DNA of 64,000 bases from Eledone cirrhosa (GCA_964016885.1 OZ024748.1:18600001-18664000); one strand, 5' to 3'. Counted from the first letter of the stretch, positions 13,015-25,378 are shown. The notes: generated from the sequence alone by a model not told the origin. Translations and numbers: made by a program.

Positions 13015-13587
13015 CTCGAGTGCTACTGGTAACGTGTAACCCAGTACAACCTGTTATGTGGTCGGGTCGTCGGCGACTAAACCGGCAACCCCACCAAGTT
13101 TACTTGGTGAGGAGGAGGATTTTGGACACCCTGCAGGACAAAAAGACAAAATCTGACAAAGGACGGAAGAACTCATAATAGTCAACGGCCATCCAAAAAT
13201 GTGTAAATATGTATATATATATGCATGTGTGCATATGAGTGTATATGTGCGGGGACATAGAAATAATTGGGCTGGATATACGATCACTTGGTTAAAAAAA
13301 ATGGGAGTGAAGAACCCCTAGCCTTTGTCAGGGCATTCTTCTAAGAGAAGGCCACTCAGGAAACTGGGATAACTCCGACATAAAACCTGCGGCTCAGTAG
13401 TTACCGATGATGTTGATCTTTTCTTCTTTTCGGATTATAGTTACTGTCGCTCAGAGAGTGGGATTGGCTCAGTGCACAGTCTTTCCTCACTTTAAAGAAA
13501 ATCTTCATGTACAGGCATTGCGAGATAGAATTAATTAATAATTATTAATAATGTTATATTGTGCAATGGCCATACTCGCTAACAAGT
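13015..13587 (+). mobile_element. TA-flanked non-coding element resembling an RTE 5' UTR
   Basis: GC-richer island between TA tracts with GTCGTCGGCGACTAAA and TCTAAGAGAAGG motifs. The family resemblance is from memory. Confidence 0.4.
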
Positions 13588-13696
13588 ATATGTATATATA
13601 TATATATACACATGCATATACATATGTGTGTCTGTGTATAGATATAAATATATACATGCATATACATATGTGTGCCTGTGTATATATGTATATATA

Positions 13697-13746
<50 letters not shown>

Positions 13747-13805
13747 CATCCCTTGCAAGCAGGGAAAAGCGGACGTAAAATGATGATGATGATGATATGT
13801 GTGTC

Positions 13806-13854
<49 letters not shown>

Positions 13855-13903
13855 GTGTGTCTATGTGTATATATATATATATATATATATACATATGTGT
13901 GTC

Positions 13904-13942
<39 letters not shown>

Positions 13943-13949
13943 GTGTGTC

Positions 13950-14036
<87 letters not shown>

Positions 14037-14836
14037 GTGTCTGTATATATATATATACATATGTGTCTGTATATATATATATACATATGTGTCTGTATAT
14101 ATACATATATGTGTCTGTATATATATATATACATATGTGTCTGTATATATATATATACATATGTGTCTGTATATATACATATATGTGTCTGTATATATAT
14201 ATATACATATGTGTCTGTATATATATATATACATATGTGTCTGTATATATATATATACATATGTGTCTGTATATATACATATACATATGTGTGTCTGTAT
14301 ATATATATATATATATACATACATATGTGTGTCTGTATATATATATATATACATATGTGTGTCTGTATGTATATATATATATATATATACATATGTGTGT
14401 CTGTATATATATACATATGTGTGTCTGTCTGTATGTATATATATATATATATATACATATGTGTGTCTGTATGTATATATATATATATATACACATATGT
14501 GTGTCTGTATGTATATATATATATACATATGTGTGTCTGTATGTATATATATATATACATATGTGTGTCTATATATATGTATATATATATACATATGTGT
14601 GTCTGTATATATATATATATATATACATATACATATGTGTGTCTGTATATATATAGATACATATGTGTGTCTGTATATATATATATAGATACAAATACAT
14701 ATGTGTGTCTGTATATATATATATATATACATATGTGTGTCTGTATATATATATATATATACATATGTGTGTCTGTATATATATATATATATACATATAC
14801 ATATACATATGTGTGTCTGTATATATATAGATCTAT

Positions 14837-14867
<31 letters not shown>

Positions 14868-14877
14868 CATATGTGTG

Positions 14878-14925
<48 letters not shown>

Positions 14926-15016
14926 CATATGTGTGTCTGTATATATGAGGGCAATACCAAAAGTAAGGTCTCCAAAGCGATGGGGACGCATATATATATA
15001 TACATATACATGTGTG

Positions 15017-15054
<38 letters not shown>

Positions 15055-15132
15055 CATATGTGTCTGTATATATATATATACATATACATATGTGTGTCTG
15101 TATATATATATACATATGTGTGTCTGTATATA
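13588..15132. repeat. Compound (TA)n minisatellite with ACATATGTGTGTCTGT spacers
   Basis: Read directly from the sequence. Confidence 0.95.
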
Positions 15133-15821
15133 CGAGGGCAATACCAAAAGTAAGGTCTCCAAAGCGATGGGACGCAGAGAAACTGTTCATACGGCTGTTG
15201 GCAACACTGTTGCGATTGGGGCTTCCTTCACTCCCAAACAAGCATTAATGCGCTTCACTGGGATGCTCAATCTTGGCTTGGCAGCCGTTGGGAATGGAGC
15301 TCCCGTTGAACGCTACTGCCAAGTGCGAAGTTTGCGCAGTTATTCGTTTTTTGAACACAAAAGGCGTTGAACCGATTGAAATTCATCGGCAATTGATGGA
15401 AGTATATGGACAGTCGTGCATGGATGTCAAAAACGTTCGCAAGTGGTGTAGAGAGTTTACAGCCGGTCGTACAGAAATTCACAACGAACAAAGGAGCGGG
15501 AGGATGTCAATTTCTGACGAGACAGTCGCAATTTTTCCGTTTAAATCCTGTGGATGGTGCTTCGGGAAACGTCAGGAACCAAAATGCAGAGAGCATCCAG
15601 ATGAATCAACCGATCTTTACGCATGTTTTCCTCAACCTTTCCTCAACCTGGAGGTCACTTCTCAACGGCTGCCAAGCCAAGATTGAGCATCTCAGCGAAG
15701 CGCGCGCATGCTTGTTTGGGAGTGAAGGCAGCACCAATCACAACAGTGTTGCCAACAGCCGTACGAACAGTTTCTCTGCGTCCCCATCGCTTTGGAGACC
15801 TTACTTTTGGGATTGCCCTCA
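15133..15821 (+). mobile_element. Non-autonomous mariner derivative with ~160-bp inverted arms and a transposase N-terminal remnant
   Basis: TA|CGAGGGCAATACCAAAAG...CTTTTGGGATTGCCCTCA|TA. ATG at 15294 encodes a mariner HTH: [35 protein letters not shown]. Confidence 0.92.
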
Positions 15822-16276
15822 TATATATATATATATATTTATCATCATTGCTTTCATCATCATCACCGTTTTACGTCCACCACAACCATAAGTTCCATTT
15901 TTTTTTTATATGGTTTCTCCATTTAAATGTCTTTCCTATCAACAACCACATTACAGAATGTATAAAACAAAAAGAAGCAGGACTTAGTCTTACAGTTCTC
16001 CTTATAAGGCCTTATATACGTTATCATTAGTTCATCATTTTACATCCTTTATTCACACAGTCATCTATATCATGGCTGTTACAGTTTGTTATCATCATCA
16101 TCATCCTTGCAAGCAGGGAAAAGCGGATGTAAAATGATGATGATCATCATTATTCACACAAATGATGATGATCAACCTTTATTCACACAGACATCCATAT
16201 AATGGCTGTTACAGTTTGTGTTATCATCATCATCATCCTTGCAAGCAGGGAAAAGGGGATGTAAAATGATGATGAT

Positions 16277-16672
16277 CATCATTGTTTAACGTCCATTTTC
16301 CACGCTAGCATTGATTAGACGGGTTTGTCACATTGGAGGCAAGTTGGGTCAGGTGACTGTGTCTTTTTCATATAGGACTGCTTCTGGCTGTTTTCTACAA
16401 CTGGATGCCCTTCTTAATGCTAACCACACTTACAGTGTGTGCTGGGTGCTTTTTGCCGTGTCTCCTACATGACCACTGTACAGTGTGGGCTGGGTACTTT
16501 TTGTCGTGACACCTACACAACCTCTTTATAGTGTGGGCTGGGTACTTTTTGTCGTGACACCTACACAACCTCTTTATAGTGTGGGCTGGGTACTTTTTGT
16601 CGTGACACCTACACAACCTCTTTATAGTGTGGTATTGGTGCATTTTGTCATGACACCTTCACGACCACTTTA
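16277..16672 (-). mobile_element. Family C element with a 48-bp internal tandem repeat
   Basis: AGTGTGGGCTGGGTACTTTTTGTCGTGACACCTACACAACCTCTTTAT x3 plus diverged flanking units. Confidence 0.8.
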
Positions 16673-17707
16673 TTTTATTTTTTTAAAGCTACTGTCTTGA
16701 TAAACAGTCATGAGGCCTACACATAATAATTTCCAATGTAGTTTCTACAACTGAGTGTTTTTACTAAAACCAATCACTTTACAAGGTGTATACAATAACA
16801 ACAAGCATTTTAATGTCATTTTCTCTGCTGAAGCAAAGTTTTACCTTCTACCGGCCCATGTTAGTCTTCATGTATATCATGGGCATACATAAGGTATGGC
16901 AAGAATGGCACATGCCATGAAAGCCACTTGGACTAGGAGCACTTTCTATTAAAGTGTATCTTTGGCCACATTATAAACAAATTTACATAAGTAAAAGCAA
17001 GGAAGATGCAGTTGTAAGTTTCATGTATTGTTTTAAATTAAAAATTAATGAACAAGATGCGTACTTTTGAGCTAATTTTATGGGTATTTCAAAGATGGGT
17101 GTCAAACGTTTGGACAAGGGTGCAATTTCTCTGCTTGCCATAGGTGCTAATTTTCCCTAATTATGCCTCTGATCATGGGGTCCTTTTTGAGACAATGTTT
17201 TACAATTTGATACCCTTCCTGCTGCCAAGCCTTCTTTAGCTGTTTCTTCTGGTAGTAGACATATATGCAGCAATATGCTATGGCTGTTCTACACATGTAA
17301 AACTTTACAGACTGTTTATCTGTGTGTATATCTGTGCATATATGTGTGTATATCTGTGCATATATGTGTGTATATCTGTGCATATGATGGGGGGGGGGGG
17401 GGGACAATATCAACATGGTCCATCTCATAGGTTCATATTTTACAATGTATAACATGTGTTCCTGACCCACAAAAACCCTGCACACAGGGAGCTGGAACAA
17501 TACTGCAGCCATCACCATCACCATCACCACTGTCTCCACCACCACCACCATCAACACAACAATGCCAGCAACTTAGTCACCACATGCTTCCCCTTAGATA
17601 TGTGGTCAACTGTGAAAGTGCATCCTGCCAACCATAGAAAAAATTAATTACTCTGGTTCATATGCAAATATATATATGTGTGTATGTATATATAGTGTGT
17701 ATAATTG

Positions 17708-17738
<31 letters not shown>

Positions 17739-17775
17739 ATGTCTGGTGTGTATGTGTCTGTCTGTCTGGTGTGTG

Positions 17776-17823
<48 letters not shown>

Positions 17824-18289
17824 ATACAATGAAAAAGACTAGCAATAACCTTTATAACCACCCCACATGGAATAAATAGATAAATAAATAAATAAATAAA
17901 AATGAGAAGTAATGTTTTTGCTGTGTTCAGATGTTAACTTTTGCCCATCACAGTTGAGTGGTTGTCTTTTGGGAGATAACATTGACCTGTTAACAACAGC
18001 AGTTAATGTCATAATTGAATTGTTCACAGAATAAATAAAATGGCCATATTTACTTATTTAGACATCCAAATAGAAAGTCTTTTATTAACAAACCTGTTAG
18101 CAAATATCAACAAGAAAAACAATTGGTGGTAAGGGAACAACAGATTTGTTAGATTAACAGTTTCACTAACATAGTTTGGTTCATTATAGGGATTTACATG
18201 AAGACATATATATATATATATATATAAAATATTAAAAAAATAATGAATAAAACAATGAAACAGTTCCTTATATTAAACAAAAAAAGTTC

Positions 18290-18438
18290 ATTATTTAACG
18301 ATCGTTTCTAGGATATATATGTGTTAGAATTGGCATGCATATTCAACAGATCTATGTACAAAATTATACAAAATTATACAAACTATCAAAATTAAATATA
18401 CATACCAAACACATATATATGCCGTCTTCAGAAATAAT
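18290..18438 (-). ncRNA. Type I hammerhead motif with long stem II (minus-strand twin)
   Basis: Mirror image of 18458-18596; TCTTCAG at 18425-18431 and GTTTC at 18304-18308. Confidence 0.7.
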
Positions 18439-18457
18439 AATTATTTCTGAAATAATA

Positions 18458-18596
18458 ATTATTTCTGAAGACGGCATATATATGTGTTTGGTATGTATAT
18501 TTAATTTTGATAGTTTGTATAATTTTGTACATAGATCTGTTGAATATGCATGCCAATTCTAACACATATATATCCTAGAAACGATCGTTAAATAAT
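18458..18596 (+). ncRNA. Type I hammerhead motif with long stem II
   Basis: ATTATTT-CTGAAGA-CGGC-ATATATATGTGTT...AACACATATATAT-CCTA-GAAAC-GATC-GTT-AAATAAT: 7-bp stem I and palindromic AACGATCGTT stem III. Confidence 0.7.
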
Positions 18597-18885
18597 GAAC
18601 TTTTTTTGTTTAATATAAGGAACTGTTTCATTGTTTTATTCATTATTTTTTTAATATTTTATCTTGACTCTGTATTCCGTTTATCTTTCACCGAAAGCGA
18701 TTTTTCATTGCATCTCTTCTTTCCATGATATCCGGATTACATTGAGTTCTTCATACGGATTGGACACTACCGTAAACTCTTGGTAGATTTATCTACATAT
18801 ATATATATATATATATATTATCTAAAGACATTTTTTTCCAATTCCAACCTGCGCGTCCCCTCAATCTATCTTATTTTTCATTCTT

Positions 18886-18921
18886 TCTTCTGATGAAGGA
18901 TTAGCGTCCGAAACGTTAAGA
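18886..18921 (+). ncRNA. Minimal type I hammerhead motif
   Basis: TCTT-CTGATGA-A-GGA-TTAGCG-TCC-GAAAC-GTT-AAGA; palindromic AACGTT. Confidence 0.75.
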
Positions 18922-19004
18922 CCCTCTTCCTGCTATATCAAGCGTTAACCTAATATATCCCTTCCATATACTGTACTGATTGTGTTGTTATTTCTGTTTA
19001 CTTT

Positions 19005-19043
<39 letters not shown>

Positions 19044-19175
19044 GTTTCTACTTTTGGCACAAGGCCAGCAATTAACCAGTACATTACTGGTACTTTATTT
19101 TATTGACCCCGTAAGGATGAAAGGCAAAGTTAAAAATATTAATAAATGAAAAATATTCTCATAACCAAAATATAT

Positions 19176-19236
19176 ATTTTATTATACATATTTCAAAGGT
19201 ACGATGGTGTTTCAGTACATTTTCATCAGATAAAAT
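19176..19236 (-). ncRNA. Minimal type I hammerhead motif
   Basis: Reverse strand reads ATTTTAT-CTGATGA-AAATGTAC..GTACCTTT-GAAAT-ATGT-ATA-ATAAAAT. Confidence 0.75.
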
Positions 19237-19350
19237 ATATAAGAGATTGGATATGTGACATACCGCTATGGTTTTGAATATTCAAAATTTCTGTCGAGTG
19301 CTTCTAATCTATTGTAAAACGAACCATATAAACTCTTGGTTATATATATA

Positions 19351-19669
19351 TATAAACGTTTGAATATGTATAATAAAGCCAAAACAATGCAGGTATGGAC
19401 ATAGAAAAAAGAATGCAATTGCAAAAGATATTGTTGACAATTCGTCTTTTACCTTAGATTTATTTTAAACGTCCTTAATTTTCGAGATAATATCTCTTCT
19501 TCAGAGGGAAATAAAGGTCTCAAACCACCGTTCTAAATATCTTGCCAACAATATCTTTTGCAATTGCATTCTTTTTTCTATGTCCATACCTGCATTGTTT
19601 TGGCTTTATTATACATATTCAAACGTTTATACCTCATTACACAATGCTTCAAGTGAACTATAACCTCCT

Positions 19670-19671
<2 letters not shown>
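19351..19671. mobile_element. TA-flanked hammerhead element with partial inverted duplication (motif at 19472-19510, minus strand)
   Basis: CTGAAGA-A-GAGAT-ATT-ATCTC-GAAA-ATT; same family as 42375-42601; ~90-bp arms at 19351-19440 / 19542-19631. Confidence 0.75.
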
Positions 19672-19722
<51 letters not shown>

Positions 19723-20057
19723 GCTCTGTACAATACATAGAGCACACTTCTTTTCTATGGAAATACTTTCCATATATATATATATATCATCACTGTTTAA
19801 TGTACATTTTTCCATGCTGGCATGGGTTAGACGAGTTATCCTGTTGTGAACAATGCTAGGTCCGGTGGCCATGTCAAGGTCATACAGAATCAATTTGGGC
19901 TTGATTTCTACAGGTGGATGCCCTTCCTATTGTCAACCTCCTTTACACTGTGGATTGGGTGCTTTTTGCCGTGATACCTACACAACCACTTTACAGTGTG
20001 GGCTGGAGACTTCACTGTATATATATATATATATATATACCATATGTTTATATGTTT

Positions 20058-20368
20058 ATACACCATATATTTATGAATAATAAACATACAAGAGTCTCGC
20101 TATGAATATTTTAAGCTGTGATCATGTCACATCTATGTCAGTAGCCATGCAAGACTATCAGACATATGTTTCTGGATGTTTATCTGTTATCTGTGATAGT
20201 TACTCTCTTGGTATTAAGTAAACGTCACCAATGATGGATCAGATAAAAATCCAGTAACATTCCTTAGATTTTCTCATATGGCTGCTGAGATCGATGTGAC
20301 ATGATCACAGCTTAAAATATTCATAGTGAGACTCTTGTATGTATATTATACATAAACATATTGTATAT
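20058..20368. repeat. Diverged inverted repeat with complementary hammerhead remnants
   Basis: Left arm (minus): ATCCA-GAAAC-ATAT-GTC-TGA. Right arm: TCA-CCAATGA-TGGAT..ATCCA-GTAAC. Confidence 0.65.
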
Positions 20369-21122
20369 ATGCCTTCATATAGGTAGATCACTATTAGATT
20401 TGGTAATTAGTGACAAAAATACCTTGTGGTAATTGTTTGCATCCCTCTATGTTCTGAGTTAGTTCAATTTCTGCCACAATCAACTTTGTCTTTCAGCTTT
20501 CTGAGTTTCATAAAATAAGTACCAGTCATATACTGGGGTTTGATATAATTGACTGTACTCTTGATGGTAGTGCTCCAGTCTAATGACTGAAACCTGTTAA
20601 AGACTACATAAATGATACCAGCCTGCCTATATGGGGTTACTCATCCAACTTAAAACAAAGAGACAATATCTTGGCCTTACAAGCATTTTCAGGATATTTC
20701 CCTTACTAAATCACAGATTAACCATGTGTATCAAATGGCAGCTTTTGTATGCATCATGGAGTCCCTTTTGAGGCAATATTTTACGGTTGGACACCCTTCC
20801 TGGTGTTAACCCTGTTATCACCTCTTAAAACATGCAGGGATATGGCATACTTATTCTAAATCAGATACATAAACACATAAGACTTGATAGGTAGGTAGAT
20901 AAGTGGATAGATATGAAGGTAGGTAGATAGATATGAAGGTGGGAAGGTAGGTAGATTTTATTTATAGGAACAAAGAGAAAATTGTTTGGTGTTGGGAATT
21001 AGAAATAATAACTGACCCATAACTAAGATTTGTGCTTCTGAATCCAGTTAGTCATTATAGTGATACAAAAACTAGAGATTCACTATGATACACACCAACA
21101 CAGACTATTAGCTTTACACTGA

Positions 21123-21153
<31 letters not shown>

Positions 21154-21559
21154 GTCTGTGCGTTTAATTATTGTGGGTATATATATGTGTGTGTTTGAGA
21201 AGCTGGCTATGATGCACACGAACGCAGACAATTACCTTTATACTGATGTATATATATTGTGGGTGTGTATCTGTTTTTAAGTATGATAGGTATATATATA
21301 TATATGTGTGTGTGTGTGAGGAGCTCAGACCTTTCAAAGTTATTGAGTTATTGTGCTTTGTTCTATATACATCCTCTGCTAATGTATATATGTATGTTTG
21401 AAAATGTGTGCATATGTATGGTTGGGTATTTGGGGATGTGTGTGTATATATATATGTGTGTGTGTGTGTGTGTCAAATAATGCTTGGCCTGGCAATGGGC
21501 TCTACTCCCCTTCCTCATCCTCCCTCACTACATTGCCCAGTTAAGGAGAAGAAAGACCT

Positions 21560-21770
21560 CCAGCTATAAAAATAACTACCTTATAAAATCTCTTGTCATT
21601 AAAATATCCAGATTTCTGGCAATAAACTTCCTATATAAAAACCTCTTGTCATTAAAATATCCAGATTTCTCATCATAAACTACCATATAATATCTCTTGA
21701 CATTACAATATTCAGATTTTTGGTAATAAACTACCATATAAAACCTCTTGTTACTACAATGTCCAAATAT
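21560..21770. repeat. ~50-bp minisatellite, about 4 copies
   Basis: ATAAACTACCATATAAAACCTCTTGTCATTAAAATATCCAGATTTCT repeated. Confidence 0.8.
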
Positions 21771-21971
21771 AAATGTTTAATATATATAAACTCAAGTTAG
21801 AATGAATCATTAGAAAACAGTAGCATATGTCAAATTTATTTTTTTTTTATTTAGGATCTTTACTTCTCATTCAAGCAGTTCTGGGTTTTTATGGCTTGGG
21901 ATCTACCTGATTTCCTACAATTAATCATCAATGAGCTGACCTCTACATGGTTCACGGTTGTTTGGCTTATA

Positions 21972-22410
21972 TCTTCTTCACCCATTTATTGCTGAGAGAG
22001 TCATGGGGGCAGAGTCCTCAAATACTCCTTCCAGCGGGTCCTTTCAGAAGCAACTGTCTCCAATTCAACCAGCTGGATCCCCACGCTAGACCAGCCAAGT
22101 TCATGGATGTTATCCAATCATTATGCTCAGGGTCTATCCCTCGGCCTCCTGCCAGTTGGTTTTGTCTATAAAATTTGTCCAGTTATTCTTTCCTGTGACA
22201 TTCTAACATGTCCGTAGTATTGGAGCTGTGGTTTCTCAATTCGGAGAAGTAGTGGCTCTGCCTGGAGTGACTCTGATCTCTGAGCTACACACTCTATCAA
22301 GTAATGTTACTCCAAAAACCCTTCGGAGGAACCCCATTTCAACCATTTGTATTCACAATTGTATTCTTTTGGACACACCCTAGATTCATGACCATAGGTA
22401 AGGGTTTCCA
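21972..22410 (-). mobile_element. Old RTE-clade LINE 3' fragment (second family)
   Basis: Reverse translation gives LTYGHES, EMGFLRRVFGVTLLDRV, EPLLLRIEK.QLQYYGHV and GRRPR; homologous to 63330-63606. Confidence 0.85.
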
Positions 22411-22919
22411 CGAATACCCTTGTTTTATATATTTATCTAAAAACCATCCATCATAGTTTTACCTGAGAACCTTTATAAAATTATGTTCCAAACCACCTGA
22501 AACTACCCTTGGTTCTACAATACAAAACAGTTTATTTTAAAGTGTTTATATTTATCTAAAACCTTCCATCATAATTTTATGTAAGAACCTTTGTGAAGTT
22601 ATATTCCAAATATCAACCTGATAATGAGATAGTTAAGTAGTATATTACTAAATCTCTTATAATTCTTCATTATTTTCAAAATGATTTGGAAATCATAAGC
22701 AGTGTCTTTCATAAGGAACATATTGCAATGAAAGGATTAAAGATGATAAAATAAATAGTAAGAAAAATCCAAGAAGTTGGTGTTATTAGCAAGATATATG
22801 TAGACATTATAAATCATAAACTAACATGAATGTTAAGAGAGGAGATGGCCTGAGGTATTTTGTCAAACAATCAAGTAATGGACTGATCTGATACTTGAGA
22901 TATCTTCTGTGTTTGTCTA

Positions 22920-22950
<31 letters not shown>

Positions 22951-23342
22951 GTGTATGTATGTTTATATATATATAAAACAAGAGGAGGCCAGGAAGACCA
23001 AGAACAAGGAAGGAATCCTCAAGATTGTTATCACTGAAGTGTTTATTAATGTCTTGAAACATGAGGGAGAGAGGGGAGGTGAGAGCAGAAGGTGGGTACT
23101 GAGAGAGAGAGAAGGAGAACATGGGTATGGAGGATAAGAGAGGAAGTAAGAGAGAGAGAGGAGTGTAGAGCAGAAGATGAGTACAGATAGAGAGGGGGAG
23201 AGAAGGACGTGTGTTGTGAGGAGAAAGTAGAAGTTGAATATGGAGTGTAACAGAGGAAGAGAGAGAGAATCATACTTCAATATAGAAATTATTTCATCTT
23301 TGCTAAGTGATCTAAGAAGTTGGCACCTGGTAACAGTCAAAC

Positions 23343-23373
<31 letters not shown>

Positions 23374-24014
23374 GTATATAGACACACACACACACACACA
23401 CATATATATAGTGCTACCATAATTTCTGGAAGAAAATATCTAGAATATGTGTGTACATACACATATATATATATGTGTGTATGCATATATATATATATAT
23501 ATATAAACTGGTTGCTGCAGAAATAATTGTCAACAACCAATTAATTAGGAACCTATTTTGGGTGACCTCTCACCAAAATAAGAAATATCTTCTTTAATTT
23601 CTTTAAAAATTCTCTCTTTCTCTCTCTCTCTTGACTTTTTATTTATTCTTAATGGTTTTTATATCCGTTGTTAGTCCATGATTGTGCCAACCTCTTGTTC
23701 CTTCAAGTTTTTTTTTAAATGTTATCATTATAATCTTTCTTAGAACATTTGCTTATAAAAAAAACATAATGCTGTGTGTATTTGGTTTAGAACCTGCGGG
23801 TTGTATGAGGTAACTAAAAGTGTTTGTCCCTTAGAAAATGGGCATTCAGCTGTTGTATATTGTCTTTGACTCCCTTGCGGGTTGTAAAAGGCAACTAAAA
23901 GGATTGATACTTAGGAACAGCATCCTGATATGAAATATGGCCTCAAAAAGGACCAGACCAGTTTCTACTATACCACACTAATTATCTTTAGTTAGTTGTG
24001 AGGTTCATCTAACA

Positions 24015-25044
24015 GGAGCTTATCCTGGTTTCATCAGGTGTTGTGACTGAGAGTACAAGACTAGCCTGGATGGGATGCATGTCCAGCAAACTGGAGCTTA
24101 TCCTGGTTTCATCAGGTGTTGTGTGACTGAGAGTACAAGACTAGCCTGGATGGGATGCATGTCCAGCAAACTGGAGCTTATCCTGGTTTCATCAGGTGTT
24201 GTGTGACTGAGAGTACAAGACTAGCCTGGATGGGATGCATGTCCAGCAAACTGGAGCTTATCCTGGTTTCATCAGGTGTTGTGACTGAGAGTACAAGACT
24301 AGCCTGGATGGGATGCCTGTCCATCAAACTGGAGCTTATCCTGGTTTCATCAGGTGTTGTGTGACTGAGAGTACAAGACTAGCCTGGATGGGATGCATGT
24401 CCAGCAAACTGGAGCTTATCCTGGTTTCATCAGGTGTTGTGTGACTGAGAGTACAAGACTAGCCTGGATGGGATGCATGTCCAGCAAACTGGAGCTTATC
24501 CTGGTTTCATCAGGTGTTGTGTGACTGAGAGTACAAGACTAGCCTGGATGGGATGCCTGTCCATCAAACTGGAGCTTATCCTGGTTTCATGAGGTGTTGT
24601 GTGACTGAGAGTACAAGACTAGCCTGGATGGGATGCCTGTCCATCAAACTGGAGCTTATCCTGGTTTCATGAGGTGTTGTGTGACTGAGAGTACAAGACT
24701 AGCCTGGATGGGATGCCTGTCCATCAAACTGGAGCTTATCCTGGTTTCATGAGGTGTTGTGTGACTGAGAGTACACGACTAGCCTGGATGGGATGCATGT
24801 CCAGCAAACTGGAGCTTATCCTGGTTTCATCAGGTGTTGTGACTGAGAGTACAAGACTAGCCTGGATGGGATGCCTGTCCATCAAACTGGAGCTTATCCT
24901 GGTTTCATCAGGTGTTGTGTGAATGAGAGTACATGACTAGCCTGGATGGGATGCCTGTCCATCAAACTGGAGCTTATCCTGGCTTCATCAGGTGTTGTGT
25001 GACTGAGAGTACAAGACTAGCCTGGATGGGATGCCTGTCCATCA
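24015..25044. repeat. 78-80-bp tandem repeat, about 13 near-identical copies
   Basis: Unit GGAGCTTATCCTGGTTTCATCAGGTGTTGTGTGACTGAGAGTACAAGACTAGCCTGGATGGGATGCATGTCCAGCAAACT. Confidence 0.95.
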
Positions 25045-25074
25045 CAATTTAGTATGTCCAGTATATAGGGTAAG

Positions 25075-25378
25075 CGTAATGACTCCTTCAGTCATAAATG
25101 ACCATGGGATTTGCACTTAGAAAGTTTCTCCTCTGAGGCACAAGTCCAGGCAAGGTGTTTTTGTGGAAGACCAGCAGTCACTCATACATACCAGTCTCCC
25201 CTCTCAATGTGATTTGGCACCAGTGACATTGTAACTCACTTCTACAGCTGAGTAAACTGGAGCAATGTGAAATAAAATGTCTTGTTGAAGAACACAATGC
25301 ATCACCCAGTCCAGGAATCAAACTCACAACCTCTTGATTGTGAGTCTGATGCTCTAACCACCAAGCCATGCAGCTGCA
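25075..25378 (-). mobile_element. tRNA-derived CORE-like SINE (family A variant)
   Basis: Reverse strand TGGCTTGGTGGTTAGAGC A box, GAGTTTGATTCC B box, and ..CACATTGCTCCAGTTTACTCAGCTGTAGAA. Confidence 0.8.

Larger units (their letters stand above)
18224..18662. repeat. 439-bp near-perfect palindrome
   Basis: Arms are complementary apart from a 10-bp duplication in the left arm; the centre is a duplicated GAAATAATAATTATTTCT unit. Confidence 0.95.

Noticed and set aside
13535-15241. Y/I/H/T/C-rich ORFs (also at 25.6-26.3, 27.5-29.0 and 42.5-43.6 kb)
   Set aside because: Microsatellite artefacts.
24015-25044. CRISPR-like array, or tandem hammerheads (CTGATGAAAC on the minus strand)
   Set aside because: No unique spacers and no cas genes. 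CTGATGA overlaps GAAAC with no stem II.
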